From positions 1 to 64,000 of the forward strand of contig NW_027191404.1 in the NCBI RefSeq assembly GCF_041146345.1: a stretch of DNA of 64,000 bases. The letters run 5' to 3'. Both the position numbers and the translations under genes were made by a program. The stretch's first letter is position 1, and every line of letters starts with the position of its first letter. Shown here piece after piece: positions 47,297-60,465 of this stretch. The notes below the pieces were generated by a model. It ran no database searches. It saw only the letters and a program-made list of their open reading frames with translations, and was not told the origin of the DNA. This DNA comes from Neodothiora populina. Its lineage: Eukaryota.

Positions 47297-48576
47297 ATGA
47301 GACCTATTCTTCTGTCCGGTCACGTATGTCGCTCAGCCAGACATGTACACACTTGCGCGACCGGCCTCGCTGACTCTTCTTCTTCGTCTAGGAACGTGCG
47401 CTGACCCAGGTCAAGTCAGTCTCTCTTGCATCACCGCCCCTCCGCTGCGCAGACTTATCGCCACTTCGCTCGACACTGTCACTGACACATGCTGCCTCAC
47501 AGATTCAGCAAGGAGGGCGACTTCATCTTCTCCGTGTCCAAGGATCACAATGCATGCGCCTGGTACTCGGCAAACGGCGAGCGATTCGGTGTCTACAAGG
47601 GCCACCAGGGTGCCCTCTGGACCGTCGACGTCGACCCGCGCACCGTTCTTCTCGCCACCGGGGGCGCCGACAACACGATGAGACTGTGGGAGGTCAAGAC
47701 CGGAAAGCTGCTCAAGACCTGGGAGTTCGGCACGGCGATCAAGAGAGTCGAGTTCTCCGAGGATGGAAAGCAGCTTTTGGGTGTGACGGAGAAGCGTCAG
47801 GGACAGCTCAGCACAATCATCGTCTACGACATCGACCAGGACCCCGAGGCCGAACAGTCCAGCGAGCCCACGCTGAGAATCGTCGTCGACGAGATCCCCA
47901 AGGTCACGGTCGCCGGTTTCTCATACCTCAGCAAATACATCATCTCTGGACACGAGGACGGCAGTGTGTCGCAGTGGGATGCAAAGGTGCGCTTTCGCTT
48001 TTGCTTCCAATTCCAGAAATGCTGACTTATCCCCCCTCAGACTGGTGAACTCATTAACAACGTCTTCATCCACGACGCAGACATGCTCGTCACCGACCTT
48101 CAGTGGTCAGCCGACCGCACTTACTTCATCACCGCATGCAAGGACAAGACCGCCAAGGTTTGTTCCTTCTTGTTCCCCACATCTCAGACAGCGGAATACT
48201 GACCCTTGCTTCCCACTAGCTCATCACCGCAGACGACCTCGAGGTTCTCAAGACTTACGTCGCAGACACTCCCCTGAACTCGGCAGCAATCACCCCTGTC
48301 AAGGACTACGTGATCCTAGGAGGTGGTCAGGCCGCCATGGATGTCACCACCACCTCGGCACGCCAAGGAAAGTTCGAGGCCCGCTTCTACCACAAGATCT
48401 TCGAGGAGGAGATTGGCCGTGTCAGAGGTCACTTCGGTCCCCTCAACTACGTCGCTGTCAGCCCTCTCGGAACCATGTACTGCTCCGGCGGTGAGGACGG
48501 TTACGTGCGTGTGCACCACTTCGATCCTCCTTACTTTGACTTCAAGTTCGAGGTCGAGAGGGAGACTAGGTATTGA
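47297..48576 (+). CDS. TIF34: Translation initiation factor eIF3 subunit i (WD40)
   Basis: Exons 47297-47323, 47392-47414, 47503-47986, 48041-48157, 48220-48576. [54 protein letters not shown]. Confidence 0.97.
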
Positions 48577-49706
48577 GAGGATTGATTTCACTTATACCGC
48601 ATGACGGGCACGGCATGGCGTTATGGCGTCAAAATGACAGAGACAAAAAAAAAAAGAACAAACATTTCTTTCCATATCGTTTCTGTAGAAAAGAGAGAGA
48701 AACAAAAAAGTTGAATATCCGCGATGACGGGACTGATCGTGGTCTAATTCCCATCGATTCTACATGGATTTGTTTTATTGGTGGTCTACGGCGTGACAAA
48801 AGCCGAGATGAGATGATGAGATCGTATGCAGATACCGAAGCAATGAATCCAAGGACTCGTTGATCATTTTGTTTGGTTCTTACCTTGCATTTCTTGCTTC
48901 TTTTCTCGTTTGTTCATTGCAGTAAGCATGAGGTTGACTTGGTCTCAAATTTGTCGAATATACAGACCGCCTTGTCTCGACGTTTATGCTTCCTGTTGCA
49001 GCAGCCTTCCACTCGAAACCACTATCGGACTTGCGTCGGCAGCACCCAAAAGGGAAACGAATGACCGTCTGCCTTTGATATGCATAGATCTTCAAAGTGT
49101 CTCACAAAAGGCCATGCTCCAATTGATTACGATATTCCACCTAGAAGCTGGGACTTGCACCATGGCTCCAGTTGCGATGGAAGGGGTCTCCACCGCCACT
49201 CTCCTTGTCGACCAGGGTCGCCCTCCCACAAAAGCGCGGAAATTTGCCAGTCCTTCGCCGACCCTTCTCTCCATGCGCACCGACTTCATTAAGGTGCAAC
49301 TTCACCTCTTGGCATGGGCACCTACTTTGCACCAATAGTCGCGAGTCGGGAACCCAAGAATCGCAACGAGTGCCTCTCATTCCGTCGTTGCTTTCTTTTC
49401 TGTTTATTACGTCGTCGTCGTCGTCGTCGTCTTGGTCTCCTCTAGGCAGAAAAGAAAAGCAAGGAATAGAGTTTTTCCTTCATGATAGGGAGATGAATGC
49501 GAAACATTCGCCTCTGAAATCACTACGTCCGAAATCTCGTAGTCCGTTATATCATTTACCCGAGGCTATCCTAACGTATGCAAGACAGCCCCCCTTTTTT
49601 GGTTCGACGACCACAACAGGCTGACCACCAAACTCATAGTTTTATCTCGATAATTGCTATATACTACATCTGTGGCCTGCTGTTCAGTGGCGACGACGAC
49701 CGTAAA

Positions 49707-50718
49707 ATGACGTTACCTGATCCCAAATATAGATTGAGCGTCGTTCCGGGATTCTTTCAGCAATCAGAGACCAACACTGATGTCTCCCTTCTTGACTACG
49801 TATGTGAAAATCCCTGTTCTGAATCTATGTCGAAAACGAACTCTGGCTGACATGCGGCAGGCGAAGAAGAATTTCGGCTTGATCGATCGGAATTACGAAA
49901 CCGATGCCGAGTTCGATTCAGAGCGCAAGTTCACGCAATGGCAGCGATTCGCCAGATACGTGGAGCACTTGCGCAAAGACGCCGACTACCGAGTCTTGTA
50001 TCTCGGTCGACACGGCCAAGGCTGGCACAATGTGGCAGAATCGTATTACGGGACTGCCGAGTGGGATGTAAGTGTATATTTCTCTCTTACTTGTCCGAAG
50101 CGCGCAACTAATGACGTGAAATCACAGCGATACTGGTCCAAGCTAGAAGGAGGCACGATAGACAGCGAGACAGTCTCATGGTCAGACGCGCATCTGACAG
50201 CCCGAGGAATCCAGGACGCGCTGGCAGTCAACGCCTTCTGGCGCGAGAGTCTGCAAGTGGCAAAGATGCCGGCGCCACAGAAATACTACACGAGTCCATT
50301 CCATCGGTGTTGCGCCACAGCCAACCTGACCTTTTCTGACCTAGATCTTCCCTCGAACCAGCCCTTTGTGCCCGTGATAAAGGAACTATTACGAGAGACC
50401 AACGGCGAACACACCTGCGACAGACGCAGTAACGCCTCGTACATCCACTCCGAGTTTCTGACTTACCAATTCGAGTCCGGCTTCTCGGAATCCGACGAGC
50501 TATGGAGACCAGACGAGCGCGAGTCGGAAAGCGAAATGACCAAAAGGCTACACGCCGCTCTGGAAGACATTTTCGAACACGAGCCCGACAGCGCCTTTAT
50601 TTCCATTACTGGCCATTCGGGGAGCACGGCTGCCATCTTGAGAGCTATAGGGCACAGAGCGTTCGCGCTACCGACGGGTGGGGCCATGGCTGTTTTCGTC
50701 AAGGTCGAAAAGCAGTAG
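49707..50718 (+). CDS. Histidine phosphatase / phosphoglycerate mutase-like protein (Pmu1-like)
   Basis: Exons 49707-49799, 49861-50067, 50128-50718. LYLGRHGQGWHN, YTSPFHRC, LRETNGEHTCDRRS, ISITGHSG. Confidence 0.9.
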
Positions 50719-51029
50719 AAGTGTTTTTGTCGCGTTTTATTCTTGATACATAATTCATGCATTGGGTCGGCGTTTTTGTTGATACGGAGCGGGATCGAGG
50801 GCGCGAGAGAGAGAGCAAAGATTTACTGATCCGACGTCTATATTTTTGACAACACAAGGCGGGTGGAAGTGCGCCTGATTTGTTTTCTTCATCTAATGTT
50901 CTTACACTTTTCGATGCCTCAAGCAGACTAGGTAGCTGCAAGAAGAAGGAGAAGAAGAAAGAGATTGTCATTGCGCCTCGGACGTGCCTTGTCTGAAGAC
51001 CTACCTCATCTTGAGATATGGCCTCGGCT

Positions 51030-51030
<1 letters not shown>

Positions 51031-51097
<67 letters not shown>
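51031..51097. repeat. (AGAC)16 microsatellite
   Basis: Sixteen perfect AGAC copies plus a partial copy. Confidence 0.97.
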
Positions 51098-52306
51098 TCC
51101 ATCCGCAGACAACAGTCCAGATACAAAGGCAAGATAAGCACAGCCACCCCTTCCTTCTTCGTCTACGAATACAAATCATCTCGACTTCCAACTCTTTACC
51201 TTGCCTTGTCTAAAAACAGAAAACGAGGACTAAGCCTCGATCCATACCTTGCCTTCCACTGTGCTCACTCCTTTCCGTCAGTCTCTCTTGCTTTACGTTC
51301 TGCAGGATGAAGGTCCTTGCTTGTGATGCCGGTACCTGAGATCGAGTATGTCAAGAAGTTGCTTCAGAAGTGATTAAGATGTATTTCATGCACGAACGAG
51401 TGAAGAGAGATAATGATGGTTGGACTGTTCCGTCTGTTGTTATTTGCTCCATGTATGTATCTGGAGTTGCGACTTGGGTGCTGTGTGGGGTCTTGTTTCA
51501 TGTATCTTTGTTCTACTTGGGTTTGTGTTCGAGTTCGAGTTCGAGTCCGAGTTCACATTCAGTGGTCGTTTGTATAAGTAATGGTGCCACTTTAGAAGGC
51601 CCGGGGTCATGTTTCTTGCTCCCACATCTCGTGACTTATCTACCTTACTTGTACATCTACTGATAGTGCAGACAGACATGATACCTCGTTCAAGACCAAG
51701 GTCGCAAAGATGCAGTAAGTCATGCAATCACAAATCTCACACCAGGCCCAACAAGACAATAGAAAGGACACAGCGAAAACACACTCATATAGCTTTCTCA
51801 TTTCATTTCATTCAACATGCATGTGCTCCATGTGTATATACATGTAATAACAAAAATCGACACCACTTCTCAGCCCCGGCCCCCTCACCACCCCCTCACC
51901 ACTTCACTTCTCCATCCCTCTCTTGTGCCACTGTCTAAAAAGAAAAAAACTCCAAATAATCTCTAGGAGTTGGTCTCGGTCTTTTCTCGATCGCGCTTCG
52001 TAAAGGGAGAGAAGAGATGAGACCAGGTATATATATGTCGTAGTAGTGGTTCGGTGGTGGATAGTGGTGTTGATGGTAGTGGTTGTGGCGCCCCCTTCGT
52101 TCCCAAAGACTTTTGCGAACAGGGAGACATGGAAAAAGAAGGAGGAGACGAGAGGTATAATGTATGTACAGGACATCTCCCCCTTTCTTTTTCCGTTTTT
52201 CTTCACCGCGTAGACTGTCGTCGTCAGACAATCGTCATGGTCGTACTCTTGCCGTCAACAAAGCTTTGGTTGGGCGCAAACAATTGAATCGTCACAAGTC
52301 GACTGT

Positions 52307-53311
52307 TTACTTTCCCTCGGGGAACAAAACGGCTCTGTAGCGGACCTTTCCGGCCTCGAGGTCGTCCATGGCCTTCTGGATGCCCTCCTCGTTCATCTTG
52401 TAGTGGACGGTCATGGGGTAGATCTTGTGGAGGGCGGCAAAGTCGAGCATGCGCTGCTGGATGAAGCGGGTGGCGACAATGGATCCCTGGACGGTGAGAC
52501 CGGAAGCGAGGAGACCCATGTAAGGGATCTTGAAGTCGCCGCCAGTGACGGTAAGAGGGTAGATGGTGGCGCCGGGGGCCATGATGGGAACATAGAGGTC
52601 CCAGTCGGGCTGCTGCGAGGTGGTGACGAGGAGACGGTCGATCAGAGGGCTCTTGAGCTCCTTGGCGCCCTTGGTGGCGACGAAGTGGCTGGCGCCCAAC
52701 TTCATGGCCTCCTCCTTCTTGTTCTCGGTGCTGGAGAAGACGACAACCTCACAACCCATCTTGGCTGCGAACTGGATGGCCAAGTGGCCGAGACCGCCGA
52801 TACCGACGACACCGACACGCTCGTGGGCCTCGGTGTTGTAGAAGTTCAGGGCCTGGAAGACGGTGGCACCACCGCACTGGAGGGGAGCGGCGGCCTCGTC
52901 GGGGATCGACTCGGGGATCTTGAAGAGGAAAGCCTCGCGCCAGACAATGTTGTCGGCGAAGGAACCCTGGTCGTGGCCGTGGTATCCGTAGAGTTGACGC
53001 TCAGTGCAGAAAGTCTCGGAGCCCTTGAGACATTGCTGGCAGAGACCGCAGCAGTCGGCCTGGTAACCCCAGCCGATACGGTCGCCGACCTTGAGGTTCT
53101 TGACGGCAGGGCCAGTCTCCTCGACAATACCTACACCCTCGTGGCCGAGGACCATGCCGGCCCTGCGGTAGTGTTCATCAGTACCGCAGAGTCCAGATGC
53201 GGTGATGCGGATGTAGCATTGATCGCCGGAGAGAGCGGGCTTGGTGGTGGTATCCCTCTTGATGGCACCGGACTCGGTGCCCTTGAAGACCTTGAAAGTG
53301 TGCTCAGGCAT
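52307..53311 (-). CDS. Zn-dependent medium-chain alcohol dehydrogenase (cinnamyl alcohol dehydrogenase-like)
   Basis: 334-aa intronless ORF; GLCGTD, LGHEGVG, structural-Zn CGLCQQC..C, APLQCGGATVF, GIGGLGHLA. Confidence 0.93.
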   Translation of the reverse strand: MPEHTFKVFKGTESGAIKRDTTTKPALSGDQCYIRITASGLCGTDEHYRRAGMVLGHEGVGIVEETGPAVKNLKVGDRIGWGYQADCCGLCQQCLKGSETFCTERQLYGYHGHDQGSFADNIVWREAFLFKIPESIPDEAAAPLQCGGATVFQALNFYNTEAHERVGVVGIGGLGHLAIQFAAKMGCEVVVFSSTENKKEEAMKLGASHFVATKGAKELKSPLIDRLLVTTSQQPDWDLYVPIMAPGATIYPLTVTGGDFKIPYMGLLASGLTVQGSIVATRFIQQRMLDFAALHKIYPMTVHYKMNEEGIQKAMDDLEAGKVRYRAVLFPEGK

Positions 53312-55315
53312 TTTGATTGTTTGTTTCTGGAGGATTGAAGGAAGAGGTATGGGTTATAGTTCAAGGGGTAAGGGAAGAAGGATTTGGATCAATCTGCGAG
53401 AGGGACAACAAGTATATAATATAGAAGGGAGAGCTCGGAACTTTTTCTGCAAATGGGGCTCCCTATTTATGGGAGCAAAGACACAAACCACTTTTCTCAC
53501 CACGACCCAACGGATTAGAAACACAAGCAAGGGCGAAAATCATCTTATCTCCAGGTAACAGCGTGCACCTCCCAATGAGCATCGACAAAGCTGCCAGATT
53601 ACAAACCCATCTGGCCTAGAGGACCACACTGAAACCACGAATATTTTCGACGCTGTTCCACGTTGACAATGACGTCCAGCAGATCCAAGAGCCGTTGCTC
53701 GGGTGGGTCCACCCGACCGTGGACACAGCACAGTAGCTCCCGTTGGCGGCGAACTGGGCGACGGTGCGCTGCTGGCACGCGGTTAGTACAATACAGCACT
53801 GCAACTGTGGTGATAGATTATCTTGGTATCATAGAGATATCAGGGCAGTAATTCGGTCTCCAATTCGAAGTTCCAAAGTGCGGACCCGACAGACGTCAGT
53901 GCATCGCCCGTGGCTCGTCCCAAAGAGGTTCCGATCACCTCCCTCTCGTCTCACCCTCGCGCAAATGAAATTAAGCTTGGATCATAGCTTTCTTTTCGAA
54001 GGCGGGAAGAAGGTTTTCGTCTTGCGCGCTCGCAATTCTGGTCCTGGGGGAATGAACTGGCGCTGATAGATCGATGCGTACGGTAGGTAGCAAGACGGTT
54101 GTCATCAGCCCAGCCAGGAAGCTAGAGGGTAGTGCGTGGGCAACCCAACGCCATCCACCATGAAAGGCATCTAACTTGCTCTGATAGTAAGTCAATTACC
54201 CGACGAGATTTCTCACAAGAGTCACTCTTTGATTTACTGCGTGAGAGACGAAAGGGCATTTGGAAAAAGGTTGAGACCGAGAATTTAGATAGATCTACAG
54301 CGAGTCGTAAGGAGTAGAGCCGCCACTTGCCACGTACAGAAGCAAGGGACATAGACACACTGCAAAAGGTCGACGAGTCGACAAGTCGAACCGCGGTCTT
54401 TCTCTCGACAATGGTCACAAAACTCCTCTGACCGCTCTCCGGATCACTTTGCTGTGACGATACGATGGGCCCCGAGAGGCGTTTTGACCACAGTGACGTC
54501 TGGCTCCCTGAGACAGGGTTAGAGAAGCGGCAAGCGGTACGACGCTGAAAGTTTATTTCATCTAGGCCAGAAGACAGATTCGGGAAAGATTCGTGGACAA
54601 GGCATCTGTGCATTTTGCGCATGCAGTCAGCCTTTAGGTAAAAACATAAGGTAGTCGCACTAGCCGAGGCAAATGTGCACGTGGGAAACTCCCCGTGCCG
54701 AGTCTAGAAAGTTGCTGCTCTTCGGGTGTTAACTCCATCCATGGCATTGTTAAAGCCGTACTAAGTACAACAGACACCCCCCACCATGTTGCAATGCGGG
54801 ACTTTCTGAAGCCTTCCTAGGACATGGACATTCCTCAAGTGAATTGATGAACGCATTTCTTGTCTTTCTACAGCAAGTCGCATAGTATGGACAGCGCGCG
54901 ACCCCCTTTCCATCTCATGTAATCCCCCTTGCCGCTGTGGTTGGGACCGGCACGGCACTGATCAACTGCAACTCGTCGATCTAGCAGGGACCTTGGTGAC
55001 AGTGCTCAGATGTCGACCTGTGGATCTCTTAGGAGCACATCTTATCATTCACGTTTTTGGCCTCGGTATCTTTTGCTGTACAATGTACATACACACAGTC
55101 AACATGCGTCGGGGCAAAACTCGCGAGCTGTGAGCAACATATCGGAAGGTTCTGCTACTACCATTGATCCGGGCGCGTTATGTCTACAGTAGACCAGTTG
55201 TGACCTCCTCTTCGTAGTATTCGCATGTAGAACGCTTACTCTTCTTCCATGGTACAGCACTTCTCGCAAGAATGCTAATACTTGTAGCACAACCTGTCTC
55301 CGGTCTTACATCAAA

Positions 55316-55407
55316 TCCGATGTGGTCTAGTGGCTAGGATTTGCCGCTCTCATGGCTCTACAGCAAGAAGATCCGGCAAGGCCGGGGTTCAATTCCCCGC
55401 ATCGGAA
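55316..55407 (+). tRNA. tRNA-Glu (CTC) with 20-nt intron (55353-55372)
   Basis: Acceptor TCCGATG/CATCGGA, D-arm GGTCTAGTGGCTAGGATT, anticodon stem TGCCG/CGGCA around CT-CTC-A, T-loop GTTCAATT, downstream T-run. Confidence 0.93.
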
Positions 55408-55751
55408 TCGTCTTTTTGTTTATTTTGCGTTATTTCAAAGCGTAGAATGACATGACAGGATTGGTTCGTTGACAAATGCCTATTCGGTGAGGTGTGTCCT
55501 GTAAGTCAGAAAATTTTATGCCAAGGCTGCGGAAATGCAGGGTCTTCACCCAGTATCAAAAGTTCGTTCGCCGATCCGGGTGGCACTCGTTTGGCGTGCG
55601 AGACGGCTCGGGTTCACCTTGAGCCGTAGAACCCTGACATCTCTGAGAGCACATTGCAATCATGTAGAATATACTCCGTAACAGCCGTTCGGTGATCGCT
55701 TCGTATCGATACGGATTAGGGGAAAAAAAGAATCCCAAAAAGAAATTTCTG

Positions 55752-55851
55752 TGGACTAGCCGCGAATCGAACGCGGAACCTTCTCCACTCAGGATCACAG
55801 CTGGGAAGCTGTAGATGCTAAGAAGATGTCATACCATTAGACCACAAGCCC
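55752..55851 (-). tRNA. tRNA-Ala (AGC) with 28-nt intron
   Basis: Minus strand GGGCTTG..TAGTCCA acceptor (G3:U70), GGTCTAATGGTATGAC D-arm, TCTTC/GGAGA anticodon stem around TT-AGC-A, GTTCGATT T-loop. Confidence 0.93.
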
Positions 55852-56209
55852 GTGGTGATGGTGGCGGAGTTTCAACTGAAGATTATGAAGCGGCATGGAT
55901 GGATTCTTCATCTCGCCCAGCCTTTCCTGCCAACGTGAAGTCTCCAGGAATAGATGATTTCCGAACCTGCATAGATTTCTGACATATGCTAAACAGCGTC
56001 ATCCAATGAGAGCGCATTATCATGGTCGTCGGTTGTGGCCGATCAGATGTGACAGCAGCCAGCTTTGCCATTCCCCAGGGGCTGCTCGTACCCGTTTTCA
56101 GTGCATGCCAATCAGGAGCGAGAAAGAACCAGACACACGAAAACCGGAAAAGAGCCAGACTCAGACGTCAGGCTAGCATCGTATACAGCATGAGACAGGC
56201 TTTTTCGTC

Positions 56210-58372
56210 TCAAGGTTCATCTTGCATCAGGGTCCTCAGCCTTGCCAGCTTGTCGATGCAAGGCTCAGCGAGCATGAAGTAGTTGTTCCTGGCCTTTTTG
56301 GTCAACAGAAGCTGCATGATGAGCCAATATGGGTAGCCATTCTTCCAGAAACCCAGGCTCTCCCATTCTGAGGGGGTGCATGATGCACGCATGTTCTGCC
56401 ACGATTGGTGCCATAAATCGAGAGCGGCCCTGATGGGCTGGAGAAAATCGGGATGATCTTGTCGATGACCACTAACAAAAGTGTCATGTTCTGCGCCTAC
56501 AAGGAAGCGCAAACGCATACGGCTGTGTAGTACAACATACAGGGCTTGACACGGTCAGCAGGCGAATGAGCTTCAATGTGCAGGTCGAGACATACCATGA
56601 ATCACAACAAAGGTATCGAAAGCCAGCATGCCTTTACCCGTGGGACCTGCGTTGAACTTGGACAATGGATCTATACACCTGCCATCCACGTCTTTTTCTG
56701 GGTGCAGGTAGTCTTGCAAGATGTCGAGGATGGTGGTGCGACGCGACGGGGAAAAGTCGGGCAAGGAGAAAGGATGGAGGGACTCGAATAACGAGTCCTT
56801 GCTTGGCAGATCACACTGCATCTCTGTCACGTCGAAGTGGGGCGGAAAATTGACAAAGAAGATAAAAGAGCAATCGACCAGCCATATGCAGTTCATAATG
56901 CTGTATTCGTGTCAGTCAGAAGGCTCGGGTGAAATGCAAATGAAAGTCAATTGATCTGCGTACCGTACTTGACACTCTTTACGTATCCACGCCTGTTCCG
57001 AGATGGAGTCTTCAGGGAGATGTCGCGTTCGTGTAAGGCCCATTTCGCGGACTCTCTGAGGCTTTGTCAGTCACATATCTCGGTTTCTTGATATAAGCAA
57101 GCTCACCGTGACGAGCTGGGGAAACCTCATTTCTAACGCGCGCTTCCTGGCGATCCCGTTGCCACCCCAGTACTGGATGATGAACATCAGAAACGCGGCT
57201 TGCAAATCTGGACCATTCCTTTCCCAGGAGTAGTCCTCCTTGGAGGGTGCTATGCCTTGGTATGCGTTGCGGATGGACTGGTAAGGAGTGTACATGGAGG
57301 TGGAGAAGATGAAGACCTCGGCGATGTCGAGTATGCGGCGCACGGAAACCATCTCCACGGCGTCGTCAGAGAACATGGCACCCATAAGCACGATGGCAAC
57401 AACTAAAGTCGTTGCGCTAGTGTTGATGTCAAAGCCCGGAGCGTAGATTGTGCGGAAGTTGGGCTGCCAAGTCGAGAAAAACAGGGCGGTGAATCTGGTC
57501 ACCCTCTCTGGAGTCAAGAGAAATTCTAGCGTCGAGAGGATGGCTTGCTCCCCGGCGGGGTCAAGGCCGATTTTCCAGCAATTGGAATATATGGAAGAAA
57601 TCAGATTGGAGCACAACCCATCTTGGTTCGGTGGCGCGGCTGGACAAGCCGGATCAGCGGCCACGTTGGTCAGATCTTCTCCGCCTGGTATCAGAAAGGG
57701 TTTCGACGTTAAATCCTGCGGTACAGAAAGGCCGAAGGGGTTGCTGAAGTAAGAAGTCAGATTTTCGTCGAAAGTCTGAAAGCCGTCGAGTGGCTGAGTG
57801 GTGGGGATCTGGAAGGCACGTATATAACGAGCAGGCAGCGCGACTACAGGAGCAGTAGCACCGGCAGTAGCACCAGCATAGTGCGAAATGTCGTTCACGA
57901 TGGGGGCGGACCGGACGTGATCGATGGGGCGAGGGAAGTTGAAGGGCACCAACCAGCCCTCGGTACCGGCATTCAAGAGGAAATTGATAGAGCCGCGGTC
58001 GGGAACCTCATTTTCGTGCTCGATCACGATAGACTCAGGAGTGGGAGTGCGAGTGTCGGGTTGCCTGCGGCAGGTGTAACTCTTCTCGCGGCACCAGTTG
58101 CACGGTTGATGTCCGTCACATCGCTTTTTGGAGGTGATGCACTGCTCGCAAGCGTGGCGACGTCGGCCCTTGGGCGCAGACCTGGGGATCTCACGATTGC
58201 CCCGCTCGTTGCAGTCATTGTAATGGTCTCGAAGTTTTTCCGATCGAGTGAAGGCCTTTGTACAAAATTCACATTTGTACGGCTTCTCACCCGTGTGACG
58301 AAGCTGATGTCTCCGAAAATGGTCGGTCCTCGAGAAGGACAGGCTGCAGATCTTACATGTGTGATCATTCAT
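56210..58372 (-). CDS. Transcription factor with C2H2/C2HC fingers, Zn(II)2Cys6 cluster and fungal TF-type C-terminal region
   Basis: Exons about 58372-57107, 57055-56964, 56900-56596, 56544-56210. CKIC..HFRRHQLRHTGEKPYKCEFC..HYNDC, then CEQCITSKKRCDGHQPCNWCREKSYTC. Confidence 0.9.
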
Positions 58373-60465
58373 TCCGACAACATGGAAAATTATGTGGGGG
58401 GGCCAAATGAATCACAGGACGAGGGTTGTGGCAGCACACAGATGTCCGAGTCAAGCCATGTTATAAATAAAGCGGTGATCAATCTGAGATGGATGAATAC
58501 CTTACCTACCTTAAGGTACCGAACCGGGGTACACGAAGTCGGTAAACGCAGGCATACGTACTTAATCGTACCTTACATTCACTGTACTTTGAGTCGTTGG
58601 GGACCATCACCACACTATTTTGTCATCCTACCTCACGGTATACCTAATCTTTGAGAGCAGCGTTGCCAAGAGCGCCATGCTCGCCGACCCATATATAATC
58701 ATTGTCAAGTAGATGATTTCTGTATCCTTCGGGGCTGGCACCGAGCGAGCCATTTGACTGTGCTGAGAGTGGTTGCTTACCAAGCCCGTCAAGGCGAACC
58801 TCTGCTGCGCGCTGCTCAAGTGGGCAGCAGCACAAACGTCACTCTACGATAGTAATTACTGGTGTTTTGTAGGGATGGCATAGACCGAAAGCATCGATAC
58901 TAGCTTTTCGAATTCGCCTGCGTCGACAGGGTTGACAGGTTCACTTTTTTCGACAGGGCTAAACGGTGCGGTTTCTTTCAGTGAAGCCGGATGTGGAACA
59001 CGAACTATAATTCGGGGCCTCGTGCAAAACATCTCGCATGCAGAGTGCCGCAAAGTGCCATAAAGTGAGATGGGATAGACCACTGGACACAAGCCATCAT
59101 ATATGGTCAACAATGCAATGTTCTACATTCGGAGCAAGCCGCAAGCCGCAAGTCGAGTGATAATTGTGACTGCGAGGAATCATCATCGTTAGAAAGCGGA
59201 AATAGTGTCGCTGCATGTGATGTTCGGGGAGGGGGGAGAATAGCCGGAAGTAATGTATCTCGGATGTATCTCGGATGATGCACTACCTGGTCATGGATGT
59301 GGGTTAAGCTTTCTTTGATCTGTCCAAATAACCAACGACTGGTACTGTGTCAGATAGCCAACGGAAGGATCTAAAGGATCTCTAAACGACGAGAACGATG
59401 CAGCCTCTCGAGACATGCTATACTTGTGTAGCATGCCCAACGAAGCCACAGATGCCAAACGCGCCGGGGCTCGAGTACGGCCCTAGAAACTTGACGAATG
59501 GTGTGGCCACGAGAATGTCCATCATGGTAACGTCAGGTAAAGTACCTTGTGTAGATGAATAGTCGACAGTACACAAAGAGGTACGGTGTTTACCTGATCT
59601 TCAGGAATTTTCCCACCATGGTACTACCTAGCTATGTACAAGGGGGACCCATGAACTTGATCTCGGGCAGGGCCAGGTGTTGGACAGGGTCTGTGTCGTT
59701 CGGGAAGAGGTTCGACACGACATAATTATACTCCGTACACTTTCTAGAAGGCAGCATTGACGTGTGGGATATTACTTGCACAGTAAGAGAGAATATGGGG
59801 GGCAGATTAAAAGGCGGCTCAGGGAGTTCTAGCTCGAGAGTGTTATGTGGAAAAGGAAGATGTCAACGCAAGCATAGGCCAATCTCGGCGGCTGGGGAAT
59901 TAAGGATAGATTCGTGATGGAATTAAGGGTCAAGATCCATGCCGGCGTCAGTCAGGTACAGTGAAGTGCAGTGCCTCCGTATTTCCACACACTTTGAGGT
60001 TTGTTGTGAAGATAGCTTAGCACAGTAGTGGTAGCTGTAGCAGTGCTGTAAAAGCTCAGAAAGGTGGATTGATTTATTTTGCTTCAGCCACTACGTGTAC
60101 CTTACCTTATGCTTATGCTTATGCTTTACTGTGCTGCGCAGCATACTTTGTTAGCATTTCAATCCCCCCTTCCTTCGTCCTTACCTTGCTGTATTCATTC
60201 ACTTGACGTTTTCCCGAGCCCTCGTCCTTGCTTTCCATTTGTTCCTGCAGCGTGCTGTCCATACATAGCGTGTCAGAGGAGTCGGCGCTTGATAATATAT
60301 TGGGAGGGGATATTCACAGTCGCCTCATCGTCCTCGATAAATCAGAGGAAACAAACCCGAGAGTTATAGCCATTGAACAAGATGATGCAACAGAAACGAT
60401 AATTATCCCATTATAAAATTACCTCGTCAACATATAGACGTCTGAACACACGCAAATCGTCATCA

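Noticed and set aside
52403..53338. 311-aa plus-strand ORF
   Set aside because: Antisense to the alcohol dehydrogenase.
55353..55815. Both tRNA introns contain TCTACAGC
   Set aside because: An 8-nt match between two short introns is too weak to support common origin or function without more loci.
58628..59113. Short minus-strand ORFs upstream of the transcription factor
   Set aside because: No recognisable domain or splice structure.
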